The notes below the pieces were generated by a model. That model was not told the DNA's origin. It was given only the letters and a program-made list of their open reading frames with translations, and did not search any database. From NCBI GenBank assembly GCA_030295235.1, contig AP026144.1, forward strand, positions 62,001-126,000: a stretch of 64,000 nt of DNA. Direction: 5' to 3'. Below, piece after piece: positions 1 to 10,733 of this stretch. Positions within the stretch are counted from its first letter, which is position 1; each line of letters opens with the position of its first letter. The stretch comes from Fistulifera solaris. Taxonomy: Eukaryota. The translations under genes were made by a program, and so were the position numbers.

Positions 1-1335
1 TCGCGGGCTTTAAAGCATACTAGGCAATCGCGACGTCGATCCGCAATCCTTTTCTCATCCACCACAATGCACCCAACAAAGAAAGTGAGCTGGAACATGA
101 GAACGATGAAGATGGTGAAACAAGCGTAGAGGCAGAGCCAGAAAACGGCCGGCACGCTCGAAAGGCAACCCAAGCCAAAGGCCAGCGTGGAAGTGAGTGT
201 TGTCAGGACTATGCTCATACCAATGTCATCCATGGTGTCGAGAATACGATCAACGGGCGTCTTTGACTTGTCGGATCGGCTGAAGGCACCGCTAATGATA
301 AATGCATCATCAAGGCCAATGCCAAAAAATGATAAAGGGCAATATCTGGGTCATCGATGTGAAAGGAACTTCGCACACAAACATAAATCCGAATCCACAA
401 AGTAAACTGAGCATGACAGAGACGACGGCACCGAATCCGACAAGACTCTGAGAGTAGACCCAGTTGCGCTGCGCGAAAGCTACGCAACAAAAGATTGACA
501 TAATAATGAAGATAGCAGGAACCAACGGAATGTCTGCTACAATAGCTCGACCGAATTCATCATCAAAAGAACGCTCCGCTTGAACTTCCAAACGTAGAGC
601 AGTAGACGAACCCCCTTCCCACTCATCGCTGAGTTCAAGGATGACGTCTAATGCATCTTCCTCAAAGTCTTCAGCCTCTGAAGTATCTGGAAGGTCGATT
701 TGAATCGTAAATGACTCTGCCGAGACTAGTTGCCCCGAAGCATCGCGAACTGGTTTCCCCATAATGTCATTTTCTGAAACGGGGCGTCCGTCCGAGTATA
801 CTAATGCCGACAAGGCCGCCACGGCGTCCGCATCCGAAGAAACTTGTTCTTGAAAGACAATTGCGGACTCGTTAAAGAAATCAACAATCCCATGCACTTC
901 ACACTTCTTCGAACCGATGGTGTCTGCGCAGACCTCATTGTATTTCGGAAGCGACCGAACAGCATCCAAGGCCTGAAAGACACGGTCGATTTGGTCTTGA
1001 CCGATGACATTGCCTCCGCGTTGGTGAAAGAACATGACAAAAGGACGAGGTTCTCGAGGAAATCCCGAAACATTGTCGATCCACTTTGAGTGTTGAATGG
1101 GCTTGGAGCTTTGGGGCGTCCAAAGCGCTTCACCATCAACTTCTACTTCAAAGTTGGTGAAGAGACCCAGCACGAAGACACCCAACGAGAGAACAATTAC
1201 TGCCACAATGGTGCGAATAGGATTCCGTGCACTAGCCCCACTGACGACGCGAAGCGAGGTCATTATCGGCCGCCGTGCGTTCTTGACGACGTCTTCCCAT
1301 TTCTGAGCCAAACTTTTGTCTGCTTTTACATTCAT
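1..1335 (-). CDS. Patched/NPC1-like sterol-sensing-domain membrane protein (3' end runs off the window; frameshift at the A6 run 324-329)
   Basis: N-terminal TM followed by 'EVDGEALWTP', a luminal domain, then SSD helices. Removing one base from the homopolymer turns 'LPFIIFWHWP*' into 'LPFIIFGIGLDDAFII...IGMSIVLTTLTSTLAFGLG', the canonical Patched/NPC1 SSD signature, open to base 1. Confidence 0.85.
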
Positions 1336-1999
1336 TGATATGAGAGGCGATTTTTTGTCGGAGGATTTCTTGATCGTAAAAACGGTGGCTTACCTTTCTG
1401 ATTTTCCGACATCTTATTGCAGAAACTTGATGCTGAATACTCTCTATAATACCTTGCAAGATTTTCTTTCAAGCAATAGAACAATTTGTGAGATAAAGAT
1501 GCATGATCCCCAAGTCTTTTATCAATGCAATGTGTCTTTCGTCGCAATTGGATCTCTGAATTCTCAGGAACAACACGTTTTACATTTCGAAGCTCCAGGA
1601 ACCGCTCGCTTGCTCGCTTCGATGGTTTTGACGGCTCCATAAAGTCTCTGGGCTACTTTAAAGCTTATACAGACGTCTTCCCACGTGTTGGCAGTACATA
1701 GTTTCTGATAATTCGACGTCACTTGTGACTTGTGAAATGAGTGACTGGTATCATTGTATCATGGTGCGACAAAAATTTCTATGGTGGTTGGAGTCAAAGG
1801 TCGAAGTGCGATTGCGATGTGTATCCTTCATTTTTCTGTGTTTCAATGGTCTATTGTCTATTCAGACCAGCCCAGTCAAACGTCAAAGGAATTTTAGACA
1901 GTCAGAAACAAAATTTCCCACAAACAAGTTGTCTTTAAAAGATGTTCCAGGAACATGCCGTCTTTTCGGATGGGCAAATTACGTTGCTTCCAACTTCTC

Positions 2000-3035
2000 T
2001 CAGATTGAGGGAACATGGACAATAAAGAGCGACTTTCGTTGACTGTTCCAGTTTGTTGAACTGTGTCCCCGATTTTCGAGTCCCTTTTCAATCACTTTTA
2101 TAGCTCGATTATGAAAAGCAAGTGGCAATCGCTCGCAGTAGACTGAAAGAGGATGTGATGAATCCACAACACCCGCGACCGATATCGTCTGCATCTCCTG
2201 AGACTTTACCGCCAACGGAGAATTCGAACAGTTTTTGCGGAAATGTCTGACCTCACCACATTTCCAACAAGGCCCCCAATTCCCTACATCTCTTTGCCGC
2301 AGCATGGCTGACAAAAGGAGTGGACATTCGGATACTTCATGCCCGACTCCTTGACAATGAAAAGATCCCTTTTCGACCGGGTTTCGTCGTGACTTTCGCA
2401 GCAAGTGGGGCTTGATTCTTTCCTTTCGGTCCTGATCGAATTCATATCTCCGAACTTGTAAGATACGTTCTTCGTCCGCAATACGTAAGGACAACGGTCT
2501 TCGCCAAGTCGATTCACCAGCGTAATCAGTGATGGAGTGAGCATCTTGCACAAGTGGATCCCGGACAAAGCCATGGGCAAAGAAAACCGTGAAATGTTTC
2601 TACAAGTTCATCCGTGTCATGCAAATTGCAATTTTCAAGTAGCGTGATAGGCGGATCCGAAAGAGCCTTCAAGTGACTCCAGTCGATTTGCTGTGAGGTT
2701 ACCTTCTCTAGCAAAACAATCTCGCGCAATTGCTGAGCTGGCCAGTGCTGGCGAGCATCGTTTTGAAGTAGCAATGAGAATATCCCCTTATCTCCACAGA
2801 CATCGATCACGACGAAATGCTCCGGATTTGTCGCTTGTCTCCAGCAATCAAGGTAGTATAAGGAAACCATGCTTTCTTCTACTTCGTCTCGCAGCATTCG
2901 ATTGTTGATAATAGAGGGAAGATTGAACCATGTATGTAAGATTTCTAAGACGGGCCGAAGAAGTGCTTGTTCATAAGGCCAAATAGGTTGTCGTTCTTCA
3001 AAGTATTGAATGGCTCGTCGCAGCGATAGCGCCAT
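2000..3035 (-). pseudogene. Degraded SAM-methyltransferase-like gene with two C-terminal CCHC zinc knuckles
   Basis: 'VVIDVCGDKG' (motif I-like) in 2526..3035, 'GIHLCK' in a second frame (shift at 2583-2586), and 'SFHCQGVGHEVSEC' plus 'CWKCGEVRHFRKNC' in a third frame. Two frameshifts plus motif substitutions. Confidence 0.55.
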
Positions 3036-3205
3036 TGGGGCCTTTGGACTTATTATTCAAGCACTGTGTTAATTTTGATTTTATTGTTACAAGCATCAAT
3101 TGTTGGGCATGAAAATAAAAACAATGATTGAAAGGAATGGGAAAAAATGGGATGTACTGTTTCATGACTAAAAATCCAGTCATGCTTCGAATAACTGGCT
3201 TGCAA

Positions 3206-3832
3206 CGTTACAATCCAAAACACAGTATCCAGAATTTCTGAAACGCTCACATTCATTGGTTTGTTACGGTTTAAAAATTTAAAACACCGTCTCCAGAATT
3301 TCCTGAATCCTAAACCCTGAACGCGAACAGCGTTTCGGTCGGATCGAAAAAACTGGTCCAGAATTTCTGGACCTCCGCAGAATATCAGAAATAAAGTGTC
3401 TGGAATTTTTGCAACGCGCACTTTCTTTTTTCTTTCGTTATGATCCAAAACACCGTCTCCAAAATTTCTGGAACGCGGACTCTCATCCGTTACAATCTAA
3501 AACACCGCGTCCTGAAGTTCTGGAACGCGCAGAGAATTTTAGTCGGATCGAAAAACTAGTTCAGAATATCTGGAAGTTAACAGAATTTCTGTATGACCAG
3601 AAATAAATTTTCCAAAATCTCTGGAACGCTGGAACGCGCACATTCTTTCGTTATGATCCAAGACACAGTATCCAGAATTTCTGGAACATCCACTTTCTTC
3701 CGTTACGATCCAAGACACCGTGTCCAGGATGTCCTGAACCCTGAACGCGCACAGCATTTTTGGTCGGATCGAAAAAATGGTCCAGAATTTCTGGACCTCC
3801 GCAGAATTTCTGTATGATCCGTTTGAAAACAG
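3206..3832. repeat. Degenerate tandem array built on the palindrome TCCAGAATTTCTGGA, with a ~424-443 bp higher-order period
   Basis: CCCTGAACGCG...GGTCGGATCGAAAAAA.TGGTCCAGAATTTCTGGACCTCCGCAGAAT occurs at 3315 and 3739; CGTTA(C/T)(A/G)ATCCAA(A/G)ACAC recurs several times. Confidence 0.85.
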
Positions 3833-3887
3833 ACATATCTTCACCCCAGGGTTTACCATTTATCCTTGCCATTTGCCAATTACTCAT

Positions 3888-4530
3888 GCCCATATTTTCT
3901 GGAGAAGCCCAGATTTTCTGGACAAGTGAAAACATTACACACACCCAGATTAACAATAGAAAGACTATACTGATATTTATTCCTAATTCCTAATTTCCTC
4001 AAGTCAGAATACAAATTTGACGTTCATTTGCATTTTTCTTCGGCTTCCGGTTCTCAGAAGCTCCGTTTCCTGAATCACTGTACCACAGTTAGTAGTAGAG
4101 TGACAAACCTGCACCGGATTCCCAACTTTTTGACCAAGAACGTCCTTGTTTTGGAGTGAAACATCACACACCCAGATTTTCTTGAGAGGTGAAAACACCG
4201 CACACCCAGATTTTCTGGAGACGTGAAAACAACACCCGCCAAAATTTTCTGGAGAAGCCCAGATTTTCTGGACGACCCAGATTTTTGATTTTTGGGACAA
4301 GTGAAAACATTATGAAAAAAGCTCAGGATTACACAACAACATGGAATTCCTACAAGGGATTTTCCAATTGACTGATGACCATCCTAGCTCGCTTAAAATT
4401 AATCGTTACATACTTTGTAGTCACACCCGATTATCACACCCCCAGATTTTCTGGAGATGTGAAAACACCGCACCCCCATATTTTCTGGGGGAGTGAAAAC
4501 ATACACCCCCAGATTTCCAGATTTTTCTGT
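3888..4530 (+). repeat. Degenerate ~34-bp minisatellite CACACCCAGATTTTCTGGAGAnGTGAAAACACCG
   Basis: Copies at about 3890-3950, 4166-4310 and 4435-4530, with palindromic core CCAGA-TTT-TCTGG. Confidence 0.85.
3967..4034 (+). repeat. 68-bp inverted repeat, left copy (partner 15175-15242)
   Basis: ATACTGATATTTATTCCTAATTCCTAATTTCCTCAAGTCAGAATACAAATTTGACGTTCATTTGCATT is the reverse complement of 15175-15242 with 2 mismatches. Confidence 0.95.
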
Positions 4531-4647
4531 TTCAGTCGCCGATAATGACGACGACTATGACGATCTCGCATTTTCTCGTTGTCACGTAAAGATAATGCAT
4601 TTATTGCCAAAATATACATCGATATTCATCTCTTAGCACGTTTACCG

Positions 4648-6513
4648 ATGAAGCGTGTAACTTTTGCTGTTGTGGGGGATCTGTGCTCGATAGCAGGTCG
4701 ACAACAAAGATATCTTTCTTGCGCCCCCATCGGTGATCGTCGTGTTGACAGTTTGGTTTCTTCGAAGGCCAGAATTTGCCCCCACTTATCGCCTGTCTTT
4801 TCGACAGGCATTCGTCAAAGCTACCATGCAACCGCCTACTTTAGCAGCGAAATGAACTCATTAAAGCCATCGAGCAAAATGAGTTTGGGGGCGCAACATT
4901 TTGAGAAAGCAGTCGACCTCTTGAGGGAAACATCTTATTTTGCCAATGCACCCGACGGATTAATTACTGAACTGGCTGCCATTATGACACCGATTCACAT
5001 CGATGATGGTCACATCTTCATTGAAGAAGGGGAAGAAATTAAAGGAATTCTTGTATTAGAGGACGGAACCGTCACTCGAACGAAATTGTCTGTTGATGAA
5101 TCTCCTGCGAACGAATCGCGCAGTACGCTTCGCGAAGTACCTGCAAAAGAAAGAAACTCCACGATGCAGGATTCCTCGGTAATCATTGACATGATCAGCG
5201 GACGCGCGCAAGTCACGGGATTGCTGCACAATTTCAAAGCGGGGGCTGTAGCGTATGCGACAGTATCTGCGAAAGGATCTGTCAAAGCTTGGTTGATCGA
5301 GGGCGAAAAGTTTCGCGAGGCTATCACAAAAGAACCCACTTATGCCTTGGAGATGATGTCGGCCTTATCTCGAGAACTTCGGGTCGGTACCAAGTCACTA
5401 CAGGCGTTGGTGCGTCACAGCAAGGCTGGTCATCGAGAAGGAAACGCGACATCAGAGCAAAAAGTGTGCAAAGTCTTATGCTATGATGCAACGAGCTGGA
5501 CGATTGAGGGATTTCAACCGGCGATTGAAGAGTTCAACAAGCAACACGAACAAGAAGGTATCTCTATCGAGATGGAGTTTACGACGGAACGGTTGTCCGA
5601 GCATAGTGCAATATTTGCCGCTGGATACAGTGCCGTATGCCTGTTTGTCAACGATACGGCGAACAGCAATGTCATTCAAACATTGAGTGTCTTGGGAGTT
5701 CGCATGATTGCCATGCGTTGTGCCGGCTTTGATCGTGTCGATACAAAAGCAGCTCGTGCGTTTGGATTGACTGTCGCTCGTGTCCCGGCGTATTCTCCAT
5801 ATGCCGTGGCTGAAATGGGAATTGCCTTGTTGATGAGTGTAAATCGCAAGATTCATCGAGCGAACAACCGCGTTAGGATGGCGAACTTCACGTTGGACGC
5901 CGGTTTGATGGGTGTGGATATACACGGCAAGACAGTGGGTGTCATGGGAACGGGCAAGATCGGAGCCATTTTGTGCAGTATTCTACGGGGATTTGGTGCC
6001 AATGTCATCTGTTACGACGTGCACGAAAATCCAGAAGTTATTGAAAAAGGTGCGATCTACGTCAGTAAGGAAGAGATACTGAGCCAGTCGGATATCCTTT
6101 TTTTGATGATGCCATTATTGCCCCCAACGAAACACACCATCACTTTTAATACGCTGAAGCTGCTCAAGAAGGGTATGATTTTGATTAATACGAGTCGCGG
6201 TGGCCTAATTGATACCAAGGCACTACTGAAGGGACTGCAGGACGGTACAATTGCTGGTGTTGGACTGGATGTGTACGAGAACGAACAGGACTATTTCTTT
6301 ATGGACTGGTCAGCTAAAACAGTTACAGACGCCGACCTTGTTGCCTTACTCGGAAATAACAAGGTTGTATTAACCGCTCATCAAGCATTCTTCACACAAG
6401 AAGCCGTGGATAAGATTGTCGAGGAAACTGTACAAAATTTGACGGATTTTTATCATGCGAACAAGACCGGTCGGCATCACCCAAATAATTGTATTCCGTC
6501 ATTAACGAACTAG
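4648..6513 (+). CDS. D-lactate dehydrogenase (D-2-hydroxyacid dehydrogenase) with an N-terminal cyclic-nucleotide-binding-like (CAP_ED) domain
   Basis: LdhA-like motifs 'AMRCAGFDRVD', 'RVPAYSPYAVAE', 'GTGKIG', 'INTSRG', 'LDVYENE', 'TAHQAF'. The N-terminal 'LLRETSYF...IFIEEGE...LVLEDGTV...ATVSAKG..KAWLIEGEKF' follows the cNMP fold pattern. First in-frame ATG is at 4648. Confidence 0.9.
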   Translation: MKRVTFAVVGDLCSIAGRQQRYLSCAPIGDRRVDSLVSSKARICPHLSPVFSTGIRQSYHATAYFSSEMNSLKPSSKMSLGAQHFEKAVDLLRETSYFANAPDGLITELAAIMTPIHIDDGHIFIEEGEEIKGILVLEDGTVTRTKLSVDESPANESRSTLREVPAKERNSTMQDSSVIIDMISGRAQVTGLLHNFKAGAVAYATVSAKGSVKAWLIEGEKFREAITKEPTYALEMMSALSRELRVGTKSLQALVRHSKAGHREGNATSEQKVCKVLCYDATSWTIEGFQPAIEEFNKQHEQEGISIEMEFTTERLSEHSAIFAAGYSAVCLFVNDTANSNVIQTLSVLGVRMIAMRCAGFDRVDTKAARAFGLTVARVPAYSPYAVAEMGIALLMSVNRKIHRANNRVRMANFTLDAGLMGVDIHGKTVGVMGTGKIGAILCSILRGFGANVICYDVHENPEVIEKGAIYVSKEEILSQSDILFLMMPLLPPTKHTITFNTLKLLKKGMILINTSRGGLIDTKALLKGLQDGTIAGVGLDVYENEQDYFFMDWSAKTVTDADLVALLGNNKVVLTAHQAFFTQEAVDKIVEETVQNLTDFYHANKTGRHHPNNCIPSLTN

Positions 6514-6783
6514 CCCCCTTTAATGATATTCCGTAATGGTTCATGGCTAGTGGTAGGGAGGGAACTAAGTGGATACCAATTTCGCGCGCTACAAGGATGC
6601 CGGCGAGATCGACCTTAGCTAATTATCCGTTTGTCATTCTCGCGTGCACCGATCTTTACTCGCGTCTCGCGTCTAGCGTCTCGCGTTGTCGTACTGCAAG
6701 TTTTCCTCGTTTCTTTCGCATTCAACCCAGTTTCATTACTTATCGGCACCTTTGCTTTCTGTTTTCTTCAAAAATTCAATGAA

Positions 6784-8042
6784 ATGATACGCCGCACACC
6801 AGTTCGTCTTCGTAATGTTGTAGTCGAGACCCATCGTCGTTACTGCCTTATTAGCGGTATTCGATTGTCTTCGAACAGAGGCGTTCCTTCATTCTACCGT
6901 GTTTCATCAAAAGCACCCTTTTCTTCCAGTGTAGACGACAACAAAACAAAGACAAGCAACAATCATGAGACTGCGGATAAGCCGGTTCTGACGTGGATTG
7001 ATACTACATTACCAGCAACATGGATACCGTACGCACGCTTGGCTCGCATCGACAAACCGATCGGAACCTTTTTATTGCTGTGGCCGTGTGCTTGGAGTAC
7101 CGCCTTGGCTACCACGCCACCGGATATGACACTCTTGAGTTTATTCACAGCGGGAGCTTTCTTTATGCGGGGCGCTGGCTGCACAATTAATGATTTGTGG
7201 GATCAAGACATTGATGCTCGCGTTCGTCGAACGGCCCAACGGCCTCTGGCGTCCGGAGTTGTCACACGAAAACAGGCGTACGGCTTTCTGGTAGCCCAAT
7301 TGACGGGTGCGTTGGGAGTGCTAGTGTCTTTGCCGAATATGTGGTACTGTGTGCAGTGGTGTGTGGCGTCGTTGCCTTTGGTGGTACGTATTGAAGGTGC
7401 ACAATGAGTGCCTTCCTTCTCGCCCTAGTAGCGTTGATATTTCTGGTTGGCTGCGATGTCCATCTATTCGCTTTACCGCTCATAACTTGAATCATTCAAT
7501 ATCATGTTCTTCAACTTATCCTTTCCTTCGACTCACTCAAACAGGCGGTATATCCCTCTATGAAACGATTCTTTCCGTATCCTCAACTATTTCTGGGATT
7601 GACCTTCAACTGGGGTGCGTGGGTTGGTTGGGCAGCCACACATGGAAGCATGGAATATAGTATCATTGCACCGCTCTACACTTCGGGAGTGACGTGGACC
7701 TTGGTGTATGATACGCTGTATGCGCATCAAGACAAAGATGACGATCGCGCATTGGGATTGTACAGTACAGCATTGACGTTTGGAGCAAATCCTCGACCTT
7801 TGTTGCATGCTTTGGCGGCGGCAACCGGCTTGCAGTGGCTCTATGTTGGTCATATGGCTGGACTCAATGAATGGATGTACGGCCTGGGTGCGACGGCGGC
7901 GTACACACATTTGGCGTGGCAAGTGCAAACAGCTGAATTTGACAATCCACACAATTTAATGGAGCGTTTTCGGAGCAATCATACGACAGGAGCGTTACTG
8001 TTTGGAGGAATCGTGGCGGGAAAGTATTTTGCGGGTGTTTGA
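6784..8042 (+). CDS. COQ2: 4-hydroxybenzoate polyprenyltransferase, 2 exons (intron 7384-7544)
   Basis: 'LARIDKPIGTFLLLWPC', 'GAGCTINDLWDQDID', 'RPLASG', 'YPSMKR', 'LGLTFNWG', 'YDTLYAHQDKDDD'. The GTACGT...ACAG intron joins the frames; the Arg-rich N-terminus resembles a mitochondrial presequence. Confidence 0.95.
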
Positions 8043-8640
8043 ACCAGACAGAGTTGGTAAAGCGATTGGTGTCTCCGGAACGCTATCTGGAAACGACCGT
8101 TAGACGACAGGAACTGACCATGGTTGCAGCCCAACTAGCGACGTGTCATGTTCCTTAAGCGGGATGATGCAGTCTGTAGACAGAAACGTGTTGCGTTCTA
8201 TAGGTTATAAAAGGGCCCACGAACATTTAATAATTGAAAGTCCACTTTGTCAAGAGTCAACTGATTGATCTGGAAGGTCGTTTTCATAAACTCTTTTGAT
8301 CTCTATAAACACGATAAAGCAAGTGATGGGATAATATATGCTAATCTTTCTCACCCTTCATGGTAAATCAAAAGGAGTAGCATTAGCGCAAGGTTGTCGA
8401 ACAATGAGCGCGGTAGCAATATCCGGGACAGACTATTACTAAAGTCTGCTCTCTACATTTTACGTCATAGCCGGTCGCAGTACGTACGGAATGATGTGCT
8501 GCGATCATCATCGATCATCGAACACGAGATTCGAGATCTCGTGATGATCATTTGCGTGACAAGGGCAACGAGGAGGAGATCATCCATTACCTTTGCACTT
8601 TCTCAAACATTTCGTTATCCATTTAAGCTATCCTCGAACG

Positions 8641-9619
8641 ATGCATCGTTCTTTCCTATTTGCCTTGTGCTTTCTTTTCTGTTGCGCTTCCTCATGGTCG
8701 TTGGTGCCTTTTGTTTATCAACAGCAGCGACGACAAACCAGTCAAAGCCTCATCACTCAAACGGCCAAACAAACAGAACAAGATGAGGATACAACAGCAA
8801 TCAGCAATAACGATACTAATGACAACAAAGGCCCGCTGGCTTTTTTTACTTAATCCTTACGAATCGAAAATACCCAAGGAAATTGAAAAAGACATTTACG
8901 ACGCCGAAGCCAAGACACCGGCCGCACAAGATCGTCAAAAACGGATCGCCGGATACATCGTCATTTGCTTTCTTGGTGTCCTTGGTGCCTTTTTCAATGC
9001 ATTCTTATCGGAACTGAGGATGGATGTCACTTTAGAAGAGGCGGGCTTTGGTTGGGTCGAGCAATCGAATGTACTGATTCGATTCTTTTTCTTGAACAAA
9101 ATTGGCGGGGGTCTTCTCTTGTTGGGCGGTGCCGGAGCGGGTTTGTTAGCTGAAGCCGAATATGATACACGACGACTGCAAGCGGAACGGATCTTCGAAG
9201 AAATGCAGCGACGGAGGGCACAAAAGAACAAAAGTGAGCCTTCTTCGACGAAAAAGAAAAAACGTCGCGAGAATAAGCGATTGAATGCCCTGGCGGAAAT
9301 TGTTGAGCCTTTGAGCACAAATATTGAGTTGTCACCGAAGGATTCTTTGCCTTCGCCTACAATGACCGATTCTCAGCGACAGCTACGAGTGAACGAGAAT
9401 AGCGCATTGCAAGAGTCTAAAACGAAAGATGGGTTGTTGGGGACGATTCAAAACTTTTATGAGCGGGCAGACAGTATGGCTGCTACACAAGCACTGCTAC
9501 TCAACAAGAAATTAGAAGACGAAGGATTGATTGAAAAGATTACTGATGAAAGCGGCTTAAAAGTTATTGGGAGAGATGCTGCCCAAAAAGTACAGAAAAA
9601 GGGAGACAAAGAGAATTAA
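8641..9619 (+). CDS. Hypothetical two-TM protein with signal peptide, probably plastid-targeted (frameshift at T7 8841-8847)
   Basis: 'MHRSFLFALCFLFCCASSWSL' joins 'GPLAFLLNPYESKIPKEIE' after deleting one T; two hydrophobic helices and a charged C-terminus. Confidence 0.65.
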
Positions 9620-10733
9620 TAAACAGTAATGAGGATAACGAGAAAATGAAACAAAATATGGGATGGTCCGCTTGATATCTTCAGCGCCTTCTTAATCGGC
9701 TAAAGAGTTATCTTGATCTCTTCTTCTACTTCTTCAACAACTAAGGAAAGCCCAGTAATTCCCAGTAATTGACCCACGAATTCTCTTCACGCACGCGACT
9801 CGGAGCTATTTTGACGATAGTTCTTCCTCTCCGCAGTGTCGTTCGCATGTTCCCTTCATCTCCAAAACACGCTTCGTAAACAAGTCTCGCGTAATTAGCT
9901 CTCGCTTACAATGCTACAGCGAGACTTTCTGTTGCTCATCTTCATGGTCCCCGCAACCATGGTTAAATAACCATCCGCCGGATCGTCACCGAATGAATAA
10001 TTCTTTCCACCCGATTTCTCTTTCTACCAGATAACATAAACACCGGTCATTCTTTATAGATCAAAGATGTCCGACTCCTTGCTTACGACTTTTAAGCTCA
10101 CCGAAAGATCAAAGTCGCTTCCGCTTCGTGACGAAAACAGCCATACTCGCCAGCATCACAGCAATTTGGCTCCTAGTAGTACAGAGCGCGGTCTCTCGCT
10201 TCGCGCCGCTTCGCGACAAAAGGCGGCTGTCAAACACAACAGCGGCCTAAAATTGAAAGGAGAAGGACAGTAATCATTAAAATAACGACAAAGGGATGCG
10301 AAACTTGCAATAATAACGAATACATGTACGACGACATCGCGACGGAAACGCGAAAGAAAAGGCATACCTGGCGATATTCCTGGCGACTGCGACAAAACCA
10401 TCGCTTTAGAATCAAGTGTGCACTTAAATGACACCAAGAAAAACGAAAGAGGCGACAATAATGATACAATCGGATCACGTTTTGCGCTTTTCCTTTCAAA
10501 CAAGAGGAAACTAAGTTTCAAAACAAAGGTCTGTATATTTTCCGGCATATACATACCAGCCTACAGTTTATTCTATACTTTTTAGTCCCAAAATGCGTAC
10601 AATACGATACCCGAACTAATATCGTATTCCACCGCAGCAGCCCGTCCATGGCCCGTCGCCGCTCCGTGGTGCCGCGCTGTATTACAAGGTATTCCCCGCA
10701 CTTTTTTCTTTTGAAACAAGGTCTTGCAACAAA

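Noticed and set aside
2190..2370. Retrotransposon gag inferred from the two CCHC knuckles
   Set aside because: No protease, RT, integrase or LTR nearby; the knuckles follow a methyltransferase-like domain.
3053..4619. Several short ORFs with repeated 'QKIW' / 'PEILD' peptides, also at 14784-15181
   Set aside because: They are translations of the palindromic minisatellites.
9650..10560. Gene between the probable plastid protein and the 639-aa ORF
   Set aside because: Only short, stop-interrupted frames; possibly a decayed remnant but unidentifiable.
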